A stretch of 64,000 nucleotides of DNA from Eledone cirrhosa. Lineage: Eukaryota. A program made the position numbers and the translations under genes. How positions within the stretch are numbered: the stretch's first letter is position 1; each line of letters begins with the position of its first letter. The stretch lies in NCBI GenBank assembly GCA_964016885.1, contig OZ024741.1:232004001-232068000 (forward strand). Reading direction: 5' to 3'. Below the pieces are notes generated by a model. That model saw only the letters and a list, made by a program, of their open reading frames with translations. It ran no database searches and was not told where the DNA came from. Positions 14,362 to 27,817 of this stretch are shown here, piece by piece.

Positions 14362-14622
14362 TAAATATTGCCGAGGGTCAACCTACGAATCAAACCTCTA
14401 CCCATCATGACGACACAGTATACATTTTTAGCCCTTCCGGTGATTGTAAGCCAATGATTACAGAAATGACATCTGACCGTGCTGTAGATGGGAATGTGGA
14501 TCCCGAAATTAGACATCAGTCATGCTCGAATACAAATGAAGGAGGAACAAATTCCTGGCAAGTCAAACTTGACAAAATACGCAACATATCTCTAATGGTG
14601 ATTTACAACATAAACACACCAA
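14362..14622 (+). CDS. Host gene exon A: N-terminal half of an F-type lectin (fucolectin/F5-8 type C-like) domain
   Basis: Polypyrimidine tract with AG at 14360-14361 and donor GTAAGT at 14623. The exon is 261 bp, phase 1-1, and encodes NIAEGQPTNQTST...SDRAVDGN...SCSNTNEGGTNSWQVKLDKIRNISLMVIYN, matching the FTL pattern NxAxGKxxxQSS/AVDGN/C.HT/W.VDL/I.N. Confidence 0.88.
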
Positions 14623-15015
14623 GTAAGTTCTGATATCATTTCTACATTGTTGTTGTTGATGTTTTTTAATTTATAATGAAAAACATCCAGCCTCTTTTCA
14701 GACGCATATACAATATTTTATTTAAGAAGCTACAATATGCCTCGTAGAATTACTGTTTCCTTTTTCCAGCAGGTGGTGGCATAATTTGGATGGTGCCACT
14801 TTAACTCACAATGAAGTGTGTTAAAGTAATCGACGTTCATATTTCTACAAAACATGCATCATTTAGATAATAGCTTAAACCATTATGCAGTATATCTTCA
14901 CGGTCAAACACTCTCACACTCAAAATCAGAGAAGCACAATCACATATACAAACACACGCACATGCATACGGATGCAGAGACGTACACATAGGATTATTCT
15001 CCTATTATTCTAAGA

Positions 15016-15207
15016 GGGCGGTGGATTGGCAGTAACGGTAGAGGGTCGGACGCCATGCTTTGACGCATAGAGTTACGGTCGTTGCCATTCTGAGTTAAAA
15101 TCCCGCCGAGGTTAACTTTGCCTTTTATCCTTACGGGCATGATAAAATAAAGTACCAGTAATGCACTAGATAATTGCTGGCCTTGTGCCAAAAGTAGAAA
15201 CAATTAT
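15016..15207 (+). mobile_element. tRNA-derived SINE, full length
   Basis: A-box-like TGGCAGTAACGG, B-box-like GAGTTAAAATCC (GAGTTCAAATCC in other copies) and an AT-rich tail. At least 8 full or partial copies lie in the window. Confidence 0.85.
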
Positions 15208-15449
15208 TCTATGTAAAAATGAAAGCTAATTAGTTTCTGTCAGATTCTCTAGAACAACTTATAAAATATCCTCCGGTATTCGATTACCGGAGAAGACAAT
15301 TTCGCCATTCATCCTAATGGGGTTGATAAAATAATGTCCGAGGCAATTACTGGTCTCAAGGCAATCAACTTTGCCCTGTTCACAAACTTTTTGTCGTGTC
15401 TTGTCTATGAATTGTCCCCATCGTCCCGGGTCCTATTCGCCAATAAAAA

Positions 15450-18290
15450 ACATTCATCATCATCAGCATTATCATCCTCATTATCATCACTTTCTATCCG
15501 CTTTTCCTTGCTTGCAATGGTGGGACGGGTCCGATTCAGCACATCATCTCTCAACTTGTCACGGTCCACTGCCATCTTCTCCGTGAGTCAGCGATCTCAG
15601 GTCATCTCTCACCACCTCCGCCCATGTTTTTCGTGGTCTTCCTCTACTGCGACTTCCTTCTACTGGGATTTCTTGGCACTTCTATACCCAGTGGTCATCC
15701 TCCATGCGCATCACATGTCCATACCTATGCAGTCTACTCTCCCGCACACTAAAACTTATCCCTCCTATGCACAGTTTCTCTATCAACTCATCTATCCTTG
15801 GTCGTTCATGCACATTGACAATGCACATCCAACGGAGCATTTTTGCTTCATTTCTCTCCAGCAGTCGCATATTCTCCGCAGTTGCTGCCCTTGTCTCTCT
15901 ACCATGCAGCATTGCGCATCTCACACAGGCAATATATAACCGGCCTTTCTTTCGCAGGGAGAAACCCTTCTTTGTCAACAGAGGAATCAACTACCTAAAC
16001 TTCATCCAACCTGTACTTATTATAGATACTATGGCCTCCGAACACCTCCATCACATGCTAATCTGATCACCTAGTTACCGGAAGCTATCAACCACTTCTA
16101 TTGAACACAACTGCATTTGCAAAAATGTGTCTATCACTGCGAACTCTACTGTTAAATTTCCCTGTACATGTACTGCATATGTAGTTTTCCCTACCTTGTA
16201 GTTTGCCTGCTATCCCCCTACGTCTCTTCTGTACCCAAGATCTGCATTGTGTAAATTTTATGGAATTTACGCCAACTCCTTTTCTACATATCTAACATGG
16301 CCATTTCCCTGATGGAATCAGAGTTTTGTCCACTTTTATATATATCAACACTTTAGTCTTAGCTAGGTTCACTCTCAGTCCTTCTGATTCCAACTGCTGC
16401 TTCCATAACCAGAATTTAACCTCTAACCCCTCCACTGATTTTGCTATAAGTACCAGATCATCAGCATAGAGAAGTTCCCATGGGCAGCCAGTCTTAAACT
16501 CCTCTGTTATGGCTTGGAGGACTATAATGAACAAGAGCCGGCTGAGGACCGAACACTGATGTACTCCTACTTGTATCTGGAATTCCTCACTAAACTCCAT
16601 TCCTACCCTCACTTTACTTGCATACTTACAGCACCCTTGTATACACCATGCATTGATCTCAAAAGAAATACCTCTACACCTAGTTCCCTTATGGAGGACC
16701 AGATGACAGATCGGGGTACCTTATCAAAGGCCTTCTCTAGGTCCACAAAAGCTAAGTATAGTGGCTTATTCTTTTCTAAGAACCTCTCTTGTAGTTGTCT
16801 CACTAAAAAGAGGACATCTGTTGTACTTTTCCCATGCATAAAACCAAACTGCATCTCCTCTAGTTTGACCCTTTCTCTAATTAGTTGCGCTATTATTCTT
16901 TCTGCCACTTTCATAATCTGATCCACCAGATTTATGCCCCTATAATTGCTCCTCTACAGAGAATCTTCTTTACCTTTGTAGCAATTTATAAGAATACTGC
17001 TGCACCAATCTTTGGGTATCACTCCGCCATATATAACTCGATTGACGATGCATGCAACCAGTTTAGTTCCTACTTCTCCTGATGTCTTCAGCATCTCAGC
17101 TGGACCGTCGGGGATAGTTATCTCCGACAGTCCAGCGGCCTTACCACTTTTCATTTCCTTAATTGCCTCTTGGACCCTATAGTCGTCAATCTCAATAGCT
17201 GGTCCCTCTGTCGGGTCTGCTGGGGGTAGTTTCTCTCTCTCACATTCGTTCTCCACCTTCATCAGTCTCTCATAATGACATTTCCAAACCTCCTTTTTCT
17301 GATCATTACAGACACTAAGTACACCAGCATCATTTCGGGCACACTTATCTCCAACAACATCCTGATTTACACTGACATACCGTCTTTCAATGTGGAACAC
17401 TGCACGTCTCTGATCTTCCAGTCGCAGATCATTGGCAAACCTTCTACTCTCAGCCTCCATGCATGTTAAGTACACCTGATGTCTAGCTTCTATTTCAGAA
17501 GCAGTGTATTGTTCTCTATACTCCCCACTTTTCCAAGCCTTCCATTCTAGTCTTTTGTCTTTAATGGCCCTATCTACCGTGCTGTTCTTCCACCAGGTCA
17601 CCCTCTGTCTGGCCGGAGCTCTGGTCCAGTCACAAGTTTCTTCAGTGGCCTGCAGTAAGTTGTCACGTAAGAAATTCCAGTTATCATCTATGTCATACGA
17701 TTCTAACTCGTCTTCTTTTTCGTCATACATATCTTAAAGGGCTTTCGCAAATTTATATTTTAGTGAAAGGTCTTTTAGCTTCTAGATCATCCTCTCCCAC
17801 ACCTTCCTGTATGGCTCATTCTTCGTTTCGTGAGCCATAACCATGAGGACCGTGCACCCAAGTGTATCCATACTGGAGCTGTCCAACACGACCATTGAAG
17901 TCCCCTGCTAGTATAACTATGTCTATGTCTTCTGTCAGTGTGGCTGTTTCTAAAAGTTGCTCATAAAAGCAGTATTTCTCTTCTTTACCTAGGCCAGCCA
18001 CGGGAGCATAGGTAGAGATGATTGTCAGCAGTCTCTTGTCTACAACTAATGTAATCCTAATCATTCTATTACTGCCTGTAACTACCTCTATTTTCTTATT
18101 GATCCACCTCTCAATCAGTAAAATGCCTATCCAAACTAACCCATCATCATTACCTACCCAGAAAAGCTTATAACTAAGATGTTTGCCCGCGATTAGTCTT
18201 GCTGAGGCACCTCTCCATCTCACCGCTTGCACGCAGTACAAATCTACATGTCTTCTCTCTCGCATCTCCACTATTAACCCAGATCTACCT
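15450..18290 (-). mobile_element. RTE-clade LINE, near full length, degenerate
   Basis: APE endonuclease (17816-18271: STYAP, AGDFNG), RT (MQFGF, FVDLEKAFDKV, LLYADDL), C-terminal RVRESRLHRYGHV, and a (GAT)n-like tail at 15451-15490. Confidence 0.92.
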
Positions 18291-18291
18291 G

Positions 18292-18485
18292 TCGGATTGG
18301 CAGTATCGGTAGAGGGTCGGACGCCATGCTTTCCAGCATAGTTACGTCCCTTTACGATCTGAGTTCAAATCCCGCCGAGGTTGACTTTGCCTTTCATCCT
18401 TACGGGGTCGATAAAATAAAGTACCAGTAATGCACTGGGTAATTGCTGGCCTTGTGCCTAAAGTAGAGACCATTATTATTATTAT
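18292..18485 (+). mobile_element. tRNA-derived SINE
   Basis: Near identical to 43177-43367 (reverse) and similar to 15016-15207; (ATT)n tail. Confidence 0.88.
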
Positions 18486-18699
18486 AATTGGTTTCTGAAG
18501 TACACATTACGCATGCTCTTGATCCAAATGTTTTATCATGTTCACTTGTTTACTGACTGTTCATCGTTATTTTTTGTTATAATCTGTATACATTGGCCAC
18601 ATAAACGCAACCACATAATAATTGGTCCTTGGACACAAATAATGCAATTAGATTTCTGAATTACGTTCCTAAAATTCTAACAAAACGGAAACGATAACC

Positions 18700-21600
18700 C
18701 CTCGTCATTCGAAACAGAGTACAAACAATATTTCGCATATACAAAACATAATTCACGATTTCAGCAAATGTCGAAAGTACAACCACAACAACGTCACCGT
18801 CAACAAAAACACTGTCACCTCCATCCCTATCGAAACTACCAACGAGGCTGCCCCCGCTGATGAGGACAATAACAAAAGTAACAACAGCAACAATAATAGC
18901 CTCAACAACCAATACAAACAACAGCAACCACAATAACTCCGCTAACAAAAGCAATAGATACAAAAGCAACAGCAGCAACAACAACAACAATAAAAAATAA
19001 AAAACAACAACAAGGTTAATGGAAAAAATAATGACACCAACGTGGAGAACCTTTTCGGAAATCGTGAGTACAATTATAAGAAATTGCTTCCATTAACACC
19101 GGAAAACAATTCAAGAGTATGCCGCAGTTAGCGGAAGAAAGCCAGATAAAAACACTAGGAAAGATGTACGGGAACTACGACTCAACATCCAGGGTGCTCG
19201 AATCTCACCAAAACATAACATTGAACCAGCCTTCACTATCGACGAACTACTGAATGCATTGAACCAAATAAAAGCCAGGAAAGCGGCTGCTCCCGCAGAC
19301 CAGATAGCAACAGATCTCCTCAAACACCTACCACCAATGGCCTTAAAAACATTGTTAGACCTACTAAATTTCAGCTGATTGGAGAATTCGTGCGTGCCCA
19401 CAAGATTGGCGAATGGCAACTATCGTTCCCTTAAAAAAAAAAGCGAAAGATCCGGCGGTAGTGGGGAGTAATCGACCAATTGCGCAAACCTCAACGATAG
19501 GGAAGCTCTTAGAGCGTTTGATTGCGAACAGGTTAACGTGGTGGCTAGAGGAACACTCCATTCTTAGTCCCTAGCAAGCTGATTTCAGAAAGGGCCGCAG
19601 CACCACCGATCAGTGCCTCAGATTGTCCCAGTTCATTTCAGATGGGTTCCAGTCGTTGGATCAAAACCGCATCGCTGCTACATTCTTCGACTTTAGCCGT
19701 GCGTATGATCGTGTGTGGAGAACAAGACTGTTGCAAGATATGATGAGGTTTGGCATTCCCCTGCATTTCGTCGAGTGATTATCCGCCTGCTTTACAAACC
19801 ATATAGCAAGAGTCCGAATTGATGGAACCACTGGTCGCAGTCGCGTTTTTAAAGACGGGCTACCGCAAAGTTCCGTCCTTTCACCAATGCTTTTCACAAT
19901 CTGCATAAATGGTCTACTCGATCAATTCGACAACACAACACATGTCAACCCATACGCCGATGATCTTGTTATCGCATGCTGCGGTAAGAAAAAGGAGGAA
20001 ATAGCGCAACGGTTACAAAAGGAAGTGGATAAAGTGATAGCATGGAGTAAAGAAGTTAAACTCCCACTTAACAACAAAATGCGAGTCAACCATCTTTGGA
20101 ACATCCAGTGCAGAAGCGAGGTGGCAACCAAATATTACTATTGACGGGGTAAGACTATCCTTTAACTCTAATTCCGTCTGTTTGGGCGTCACATATGATA
20201 GAACACTCTCCTTTGGGGAACATGTTAAAAAGATCTGCTAAAAACTTCAACAGCGCGTCAACATCCTGCGCACCCTTGGGGGCACCTCCTGGGGTTGGCA
20301 TACCGCAGATCTTCGTCAAGTATACATCGCAGTGCACCGCAGTCTGGCTGAGTACGGCTTCCAAGGCTGGGCTCCCTGGTTGTCAGCCACTAACATCGGC
20401 AAGCTTGAAAGAACACAACTAGAAGCAGTTCGAGCGATCACTGGACATGTGCGCACAACACCAACTGAGGCTATCCTACCTGAAGCTCACCTTCCACCGT
20501 TGGAATGCCGCTTTCATGCTCTCTCCCTCTTGAAAGCAGATGAATGGGTGCACCACCCCAAATCCGATCATCGAAACCAATTACTCAATGTTAACGTAAG
20601 GCGCCGACTCCGCCGTCTTGATTGGCGATGTAGACAGCTGCCAGCCCTTACTCGTCTTGGCATACCCTCGACAACAGACACCCAACTACCACATAAGGAG
20701 CCGCTGTGAAAATTACCACCACTAATCCCTGCTACCTTTACCCCGGTGAGCAAATCAATGTTAGTAGCACTACAACTTAAAGCGGCACTGGATCATCTAT
20801 CGACACTCCCCCCGGCCGACATTGGCGTGTATACAGATGGATCAACATGCGACGGTACAACCAATGGCAGTGCCGGTCTCGTAATCATCCAAAATGAAGA
20901 GGTAGTTCATGAGTGGCACACTCCGACGGGCGCTCGTAGCAGTTCCTTTCATTCCGAAATAATTGCATTCAAACAAGTACTACTACGGTTACAGGCAGAG
21001 ACCAGCTGGGAGTACTCCAATGTCATCTGTGACTGCAAGTCATTACCGAGCTGCAAGGGATCGATCGCTAACAAAATCATAAAGGTGAGAACATTAGCAG
21101 CTGTCTGGGTCCCGGGGCACTGCAACATCAAAAGGAATGAACTGGCAGATGCCCATACGAAACAAAACTTAGCATCTACTCAACTGGAAAGTTCAATCGA
21201 TGCCGCCACCCGACGCGCCGTCATACACCGGGAATTTCGCCCACCTCCGATCCAGCATGAACGTCTACAATCAGTCTTTAGCCGCCACGCAAATGAAGAC
21301 ACTGAGAAAACTCTCTCCAAAGCAGATAGGAACCATCTCTTCCGCTTCCGCAGTGGACATCACACGTCATTAAGGAGATGGCTCCATATGATCTGCCAAG
21401 CGGAAATAAACACATGCCGTCTGTGTGGAGAGGAAGAAGAATCCTCCGAACATCTTTGGATGAGATGTCCGGTCTTGATGGTGGATTGTTATCACCACCA
21501 ACTCGACTCCAGCATGGATGAATTCGTGCGTCTCCCTCAAGCCAGTCTAGCGCTACTGAGGCGCCTGCTCTAAGAAAAAGGAAACACCAACAACAACAAC

Positions 21601-22010
21601 AGACTCGACTGGAACACAACCACCACAATCACCAACATCAACAATAACTACGACATGACCATCTGTATATCCAACAGAACTAGCAGCTGCAATATCAAAA
21701 TCAAAAGTAGCTGAGAGAAAAACAGCCCCAACATCATTATGAACACCAATGGAAGACATACCTTTCCCCCATATCACACATTAGAATATTGGTCGGGACA
21801 AAGTAAGGGTGTGACATCGCATCGGTCACTAGAACAAAAAGAAAAAAGAAAATGCGACATGTTTTCGCCACAAATAACGGAGGCGAATATGAAGGCAAAA
21901 AATAAAATACAGCGATGGAACAACTAATGCCAACATCCACACAATCCTCCCAATCATCACCACCAGCTAGGGGAGGCGAAAAGATCCATCCACGACCACC
22001 TGCACCTTAA
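18700..22010 (+). mobile_element. Tx1-like ORF1/5' fragment split by the RNase H LINE (18700-19140 and 21600-22010)
   Basis: The (AAC)-rich Thr/Asn low-complexity region and a PMED-type segment resemble the ORF1 regions of the minus-strand Tx1 copies. Confidence 0.5.
19140..21600 (+). mobile_element. 5'-truncated non-LTR retrotransposon with RT, RNase H and C-terminal zinc finger (I-group-like)
   Basis: RT motifs FFDFSRAYDRV, GLPQSSVLSP and NPYADDL; RNase H VYTDGS...SEIIA...WVPGH...NELAD (20746-21200); CRLCGEEEESSEHLWMRC; (CAA)n tail at about 21586-21600. Confidence 0.9.
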
Positions 22011-22167
22011 GTGATATATAATAGAGATAATAACAGAGAAACCTGGCACGATGGTCGTTTGTTTGCCTTTGATTTTTGCTGATGATTGGTATATGACGTT
22101 AGTCACTACCTTCAATTCATAGCGAAAGGCCTTCAAAATGTTTCTAAAAACAACCTACACTATATAA

Positions 22168-23925
22168 CACTGGTCAACAAGTATTTTACATCAAGCATAT
22201 GTCAGGGTGTACTTAGTGTAATTTTTAATGCTCATTTCAAATATACAATTAGATTTACATCACGTACAGTTTTCAAGATGACAAAGTATTTTGGTTTTAG
22301 CTCAAGCATTATATAGAAATTCAAATTAATGACGTGTATGCATGTATATTATTTACATCATGGAAACATATCTTTAAAATAAACTACATGATTCATTGCT
22401 GCATATTTCAGATGCAATATTTCATCTTCTTAAATTAACCAATTAAGTTTTGTCTGATGAAATAGATATTTCAACATCTCAAATTATCCAGTCATAATTG
22501 GTCTGATGAAATATTTCATCATCTCAAATTCCATATACGTATAACCGTTTGTATCTATTTCCTTACTTGTTTTACAGTGTTAAGAATGTCAAGATAGTGT
22601 AGAAATCGTCCTGATGTGTTTTTTTAATCTCTGTGGACAATTTATTGTGAAGGCTCCAAAACGTACAATAACACCAGAGATGAAGATTTATAAGCTATAC
22701 GTTGACTGTCCTCTTGGAGATCAAGACAAGTTATGGGCACCACATTTTATCTGCCCAGCTTGCTCAAATGGCTTACGTGACTGGTTCAATAAGAAGTCCG
22801 TGCCTTTTGCCATTCCAATGATATGGAGGGAGCCGAAAGCCCATTTTAATGACTGTTATTTTTGCAAAGTAAATGTCACAGGATGTTCTATGAAGAATAA
22901 ACACAAAATTATGTTACCCAATTCGGATTCTGCAATGAGACCTGAGCCTCACAATGGACGTCGGCTTATTCCAGTTCCACCAAATGATGGTATTCAAACA
23001 TCAGGTGATGATGCTGACTGTGACGATGGTGCTCCTGAGGAAAATTACGTGGCTGATGACGATAGCTTTGAACCTCAGAAATTTTCCCAAGCTGAACTGA
23101 ATGACTTTGTCAGAGACATATTCCTCTCAAAAGATAAAGCAGAACTGTTGGCATCAAGACTGAAGGAGAAGTATCTGCTAGAACACGGTGTTCGTATAAC
23201 TTATTTTCGGCAGAGAAATGTGGTTCTACAAACGTGTTTTTTTCTGTTGAAGGCCCGCATTGCTTTTGCAGTATCATCGATGGACACTTTTCGAATATTT
23301 ATCACAAAAGCATGATCCTGCAGAGTGGCGTTTGTTTATTGACTCTTCAAAACGAAGTTTAAAAGCTGTACTTTTCCATAATGGTAATTTGAAGCCTACC
23401 ATTCTTATTGCACACTCCGTTTATCTTCATGAGTCATATGAGAATATAGAACTTTTATGTGATGCCTATGAAAGATACTCATAGAGAATATGTGCAGATT
23501 TAAAATTCACTGGAATGTTAACGGGAATGCAGTCAGGTTCCACAAAATACTGTTGTTTCTTGTCTCTATGGTATATTCGGGCAACTGACAGACATGTTTC
23601 GGAATCAAACTGGCAAACAAGAACATCATACCATCCAGGACTGTCTGGCGTCATGAATACACCTCTTGTAGATCCATGTAGTGTTTTATTGCCTCCTTTG
23701 CACATAAAGCGTAGACTGATGAAACAGTTTTTATAAAGACACTAGGGAAGAAAAAGACCAGAGGGTTGGAGTATATTGTAGAAAAGTTTCCCAAAATCTC
23801 ACAGGCGAAATTGAAAGAGGGTATCTGTGTCGGACCTCAAATTAGAGAAGTACTCAAAGATGTTAACTTCAAGATAACACTGGATGAACTAGAACTGTCT
23901 GCCTGGAATGCTTTCAATTGGATGT
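22168..23925 (+). mobile_element. Chapaev-like (Chapaev3-type) DNA transposon, 3'-truncated pseudogene
   Basis: Begins TAA|CACTGGTCAAC. The transposase fragments read GDQDKLWAPHFIC, PMIWREP..H..DCYFC, EWRLFIDSSKRSLKAV, TKYCCF and LPPLHIK. The superfamily assignment is from motif recall, not a search. Confidence 0.65.
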
Positions 23926-24147
23926 TTATCTTATTACATTAGAATAGGTTATATGTATATAAATATCTAAATATATGTTGAGAAGTTGCGTATGTATTGA
24001 TTGTTTATATATCAAATATGAGTTACGAAGGATGTTGAAATTTTATTTTCAACTTGTGAGATTAGTATAATTTGTGGATTCAAAAATTGTGTTCAACATT
24101 GAGAATGTTTTCAGAATATTGTTAATTTAACGAAGCTATATAAATTA

Positions 24148-25943
24148 CACCGTGTAACAAAAAATCTTTTTTTCTCTGATCCTGGCTCGTAATCTCTTTT
24201 TTTGTGTGTTGCTTTGGTCCCAAATAAATAAAAAAGTGCTATTAAACAGTTAAAAGTTTGGGTTTGTAAATATTCTAAGCTATTCACTAGAATTATTTGT
24301 ATGCTGGATTTTACGTTGTATGTAGGTTTCATTTTCTTAGGTTAAATGATTCTTTTTATATATGTTTCAAGTTAAATTAAAATTATAAAATAAAGAGTAA
24401 TACCTAAAGAAAATTATTAAAGTGCAATAAAGTATAAAATTGTTAAAAAGTGGATTAAAGAGATTTATTGATACTGGGGTTCCAGAAAACGTTCCTCACT
24501 TCCGAAACCAAAAAGAAGTCAATGACTTGGTCAGGGATATGGGTCTGACCAGGTCCAATGCAGAGCTATTCGTCTCCAGGATGAAGCAGTGGAACTTGGT
24601 CAAGGAGGAAGTGCAGGTGACAAATTAAAGAAGTCGACACCAACATTTCTCAGGTTTTTGCACTCTTAAGGGTGGTCTCTGCTTCTGCCATGACGTGCCT
24701 GGACTGTTTGACGTTATTGGGGTGCCGTTTATGCCCAAGGAGTGGCGGCTATTTATAGACAGCTCCACCGCAAGTTTGAAGGCTTTCCTCCTCCACAATG
24801 GAAACACGTTCCCGACACTGCCCCTAGCTCATTCAGTCTGCCTGAAGGAAGATTACTACAGTGTGAAAGTCCTCTTGGAAGCTCTGCAATACAACGAGTA
24901 CAATTGGGAAATCATTGGAGACTTCAAGATGGTGGCTTTCCTGCTTGGACTCCAAGGAGGCTTTATCAAATTCCAATGCTTCCTCTGCCTTTGGGACAGT
25001 AGAGCCACCTCTGACCACTACAAAAGAAATAACTAGGAGCAGCGAACATAATTTGTAGTTGGGACCCGGAACGTCATGTGTGAGCCACTGGTTGATCCCA
25101 GGATTGTGTTCATGCCGCCACTGCACATTACGTTGGGGTTGATGAAGCAGTTTGTGAAGGCTCTCAACCAAGAATCAGCCGCTTTTAAGTACGTTCTTGT
25201 GTTCTTCCCAAAGTTATCTGAGGCCAAAATCAAAGGTGGAATTTTTGTTGGACCTCAGATAAAGAAGGTGTTTGAGTCTACCGAGTTCTCCAATAAGCTC
25301 AATAGGATTGAGAGAACAGTATGGAACTGTTTCAAGGCAGTTGTTAATGGCTTCCTGGGCAACTACAGAGCTGAAACTACCAGCAACTGGCGCAAGATCA
25401 GATAAAGGCTTCTGGCACCATGGGATGCAGGATGTCGCTTAAACGCTGTATCGCTAGACGCTCACCTGGAAATATTCAAGGACAATATGGGCGCCTACTC
25501 AGAAGAACAAGGCGAACGATTCCACCAAGATGTGAAAGAGATAGAGCGGAGGTACCAGGGCCACTACAATAAAAAGAATGATGGGGGACTATATCTGGGG
25601 GCTAGTGCAGGAATGCGACATGGACTACAACGGCAAATCCAGGAAATCCAGTCATTTCTCACGTGTATAAGTTGCTTTATAAGTGTTATTTGTTTTTACT
25701 TGTTTGCTTTTGATAAGCTTGTGTAATAAAATAAATATATACTCTGTTGATTTAATTATATAAACTGATAAATTTAAAACAAATGTGTTTTTTCTTGAAA
25801 AATATGAACATTTCGAAATATCAAACTCCTGACCACAAACACAAACTTCTAATGAAATAATAGTGTTTTTTTTATAATAATGGGATATGACAAACCAGTA
25901 AATGATGTGTAAAACCGGGGAACAAAATATCTTTTACACGGTG
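24148..25943 (+). mobile_element. Second Chapaev-like DNA transposon with both termini, internally deleted
   Basis: Terminal inverted CACCGTGTAA (24148) and TTACACGGTG (ends 25943), flanked by TTA and TAA. Transposase C-terminal fragments: EWRLFIDSS, CFLCLWDSR, MPPLHITLGLMKQFVKAL, SEEQGERFHQD. Confidence 0.7.
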
Positions 25944-25944
25944 T

Positions 25945-27450
25945 AATCAAACAAATAATCTTTAAAGAAGGAAGATAAAAAGTGGGAAAAGGAAGACCAC
26001 TTAAACGTTATTTGGGGGAAATATATTCAAACATTTGTCTATATTTATATGGAGAATTATATATCTTATTATAATAATATATAAATATCTATATATATTT
26101 TAATAATAGCATATGTATTTTTATTAAAAGGATTGTTTGCTTATAATATGAGTTAAGAGGGATGTTGATTTATAAATAAATAAATAAATAAATAGGTAGT
26201 TCAAGTTATAGATGGTTGTTCATAATATAAGTTACTAGGGATGTTGATTTTGTATTTTATGTAAATAAATAGGTAGTTAAAATGTATAAAGTGTTAAATT
26301 AAATTAACGGAGTTATGTATAAAAAGTGTTTATGGTTGAAAAAAGGAAAGATAACTCCGATTTTTTTGTTAATGGCTAGTGTGGGATTAATTATTTAGTC
26401 TAAAGAAATATGAATATTTAAACATCATCTGGAATAGGATCCATTTTACTAAAAACAGTTAATGGTTATTAATCTACATTTAAAATTAGCTTTAGAGGGT
26501 GTCATTAGAAAAATAAAGAATTAAGAAAAAGTAATTAACAAATTGAAAAAATTAAAATTAAAATTAGAATTATATAGAAGTACATAATATAGAAGTACAT
26601 AAATATAAATAAATATCTCTACACATACAGACGCACATATATATTATAATATATTTTAGAGATATTATGATTTAGAGATATTATTATATTAAAAGTATTA
26701 AAAATATAAAATGTTAGAGCAGATAGGATCCTTTTGGAGATTAATAGGAATATTATAAGTATATCATAAGTTACATATAGTTCTAAATGTAGAATGTTGG
26801 CGATCTCTGCATGAACTAAATATCTCTGATATAAGACCCCCAAAGAAACTTTGAAACAGAACTAACAGTCAGACTTATAGCACCATCCAAATCAGACTTA
26901 GGTATAATTAGTAAAAATATATTAGATAGAATCATACCGCAACTTAAAGAAAAATAACACCTGAAGCTATGGAACGGTTGTTGAACCAATCTATAACTTC
27001 ATTAGTAATGAAGTTATAGATTGGTTCAACAACATAAAATTTAAACATAACAAAAAATTCATTGAAATGGATATTGCAAATTACTACTCTTCTATTACTC
27101 CTAGTTTACTTAATAGGGCTCTTATCTATTCATCTAAACATACAGACTTATCTAGTGATTAAATGCATATAATTCTAACTGCACGGAAAACTTCAATTGA
27201 ATTCAACAATCATCGCTAGACAAGAGCCGATAGAAAAAAATATTTTGATATCACTATGGGATCATCTGACTCGGCGCAAATAACGGATCTTGTGGGCTTA
27301 TTTATTAATAATACACTGTATAGAAAATGCCAGAGATGGCCGGTGGTTTATATCGTGATGATATGTTACTTTTAATTGAAAACCATAGTAATTGTGAAAT
27401 TAATAGGAAAATAAAATCCATAATACAATTCTTCAATAATTATAACCAGC
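25945..27450. mobile_element. Penelope-like element remnants (RT on + at 26830-27450; AT-rich decayed part before it)
   Basis: The + strand gives RLIAPSKSDLGIISKNILDRI, NEVIDWFNN, FIEMDIANYYSSI, DITMGSSDSAQITDLVGL and YRDD, typical of PLE RT. Confidence 0.75.
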
Positions 27451-27616
27451 ATATATATGTGTAGGTATGTATACTCCCTCTGATAGTTTGTAAAAATTTT
27501 ACATAGATCTATAGGATATGCATACCAACACTAACATATATATCCTAGAAACGATCGTAAAATGATGATTTTTTTAATATAAGGAACTGTTTCTTTGTTT
27601 ATTCATTATTTTATTA

Positions 27617-27689
<73 letters not shown>

Positions 27690-27817
27690 TGCATCTATGT
27701 ATGTATTTATGTATGTAGATGAAATCTCTAGACAATTTCAATATATTTCGTCTGGAAAGTTGTTGCGTGCTGGATTTAGATATTGACACGTCTCTTTTAT
27801 CATTCTTCTATTAACAG

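Noticed and set aside
14331-14378. MYTFIFLFLLVNIAEG looks like a signal peptide in ORF 14271-14633
   Set aside because: The hydrophobic run is the translated polypyrimidine tract of a good phase-1 acceptor, and cleavage there would remove the conserved NIAxG start of the FTL domain. An upstream exon is more likely, though use as a start cannot be excluded.
15016-15100. tRNA gene
   Set aside because: It has A/B-box-like motifs but no cloverleaf, and it is the head of a multi-copy SINE.
18754-19016. Thr/Ser/Pro-rich mucin-like exon candidate
   Set aside because: It has an in-frame stop before a donor, it would split the FTL domain, and it resembles Tx1 ORF1 low-complexity sequence.
22452-22530. 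Two CTGATGAAATA direct repeats
   Set aside because: They are subterminal repeats of the DNA transposon and lack hammerhead stems.
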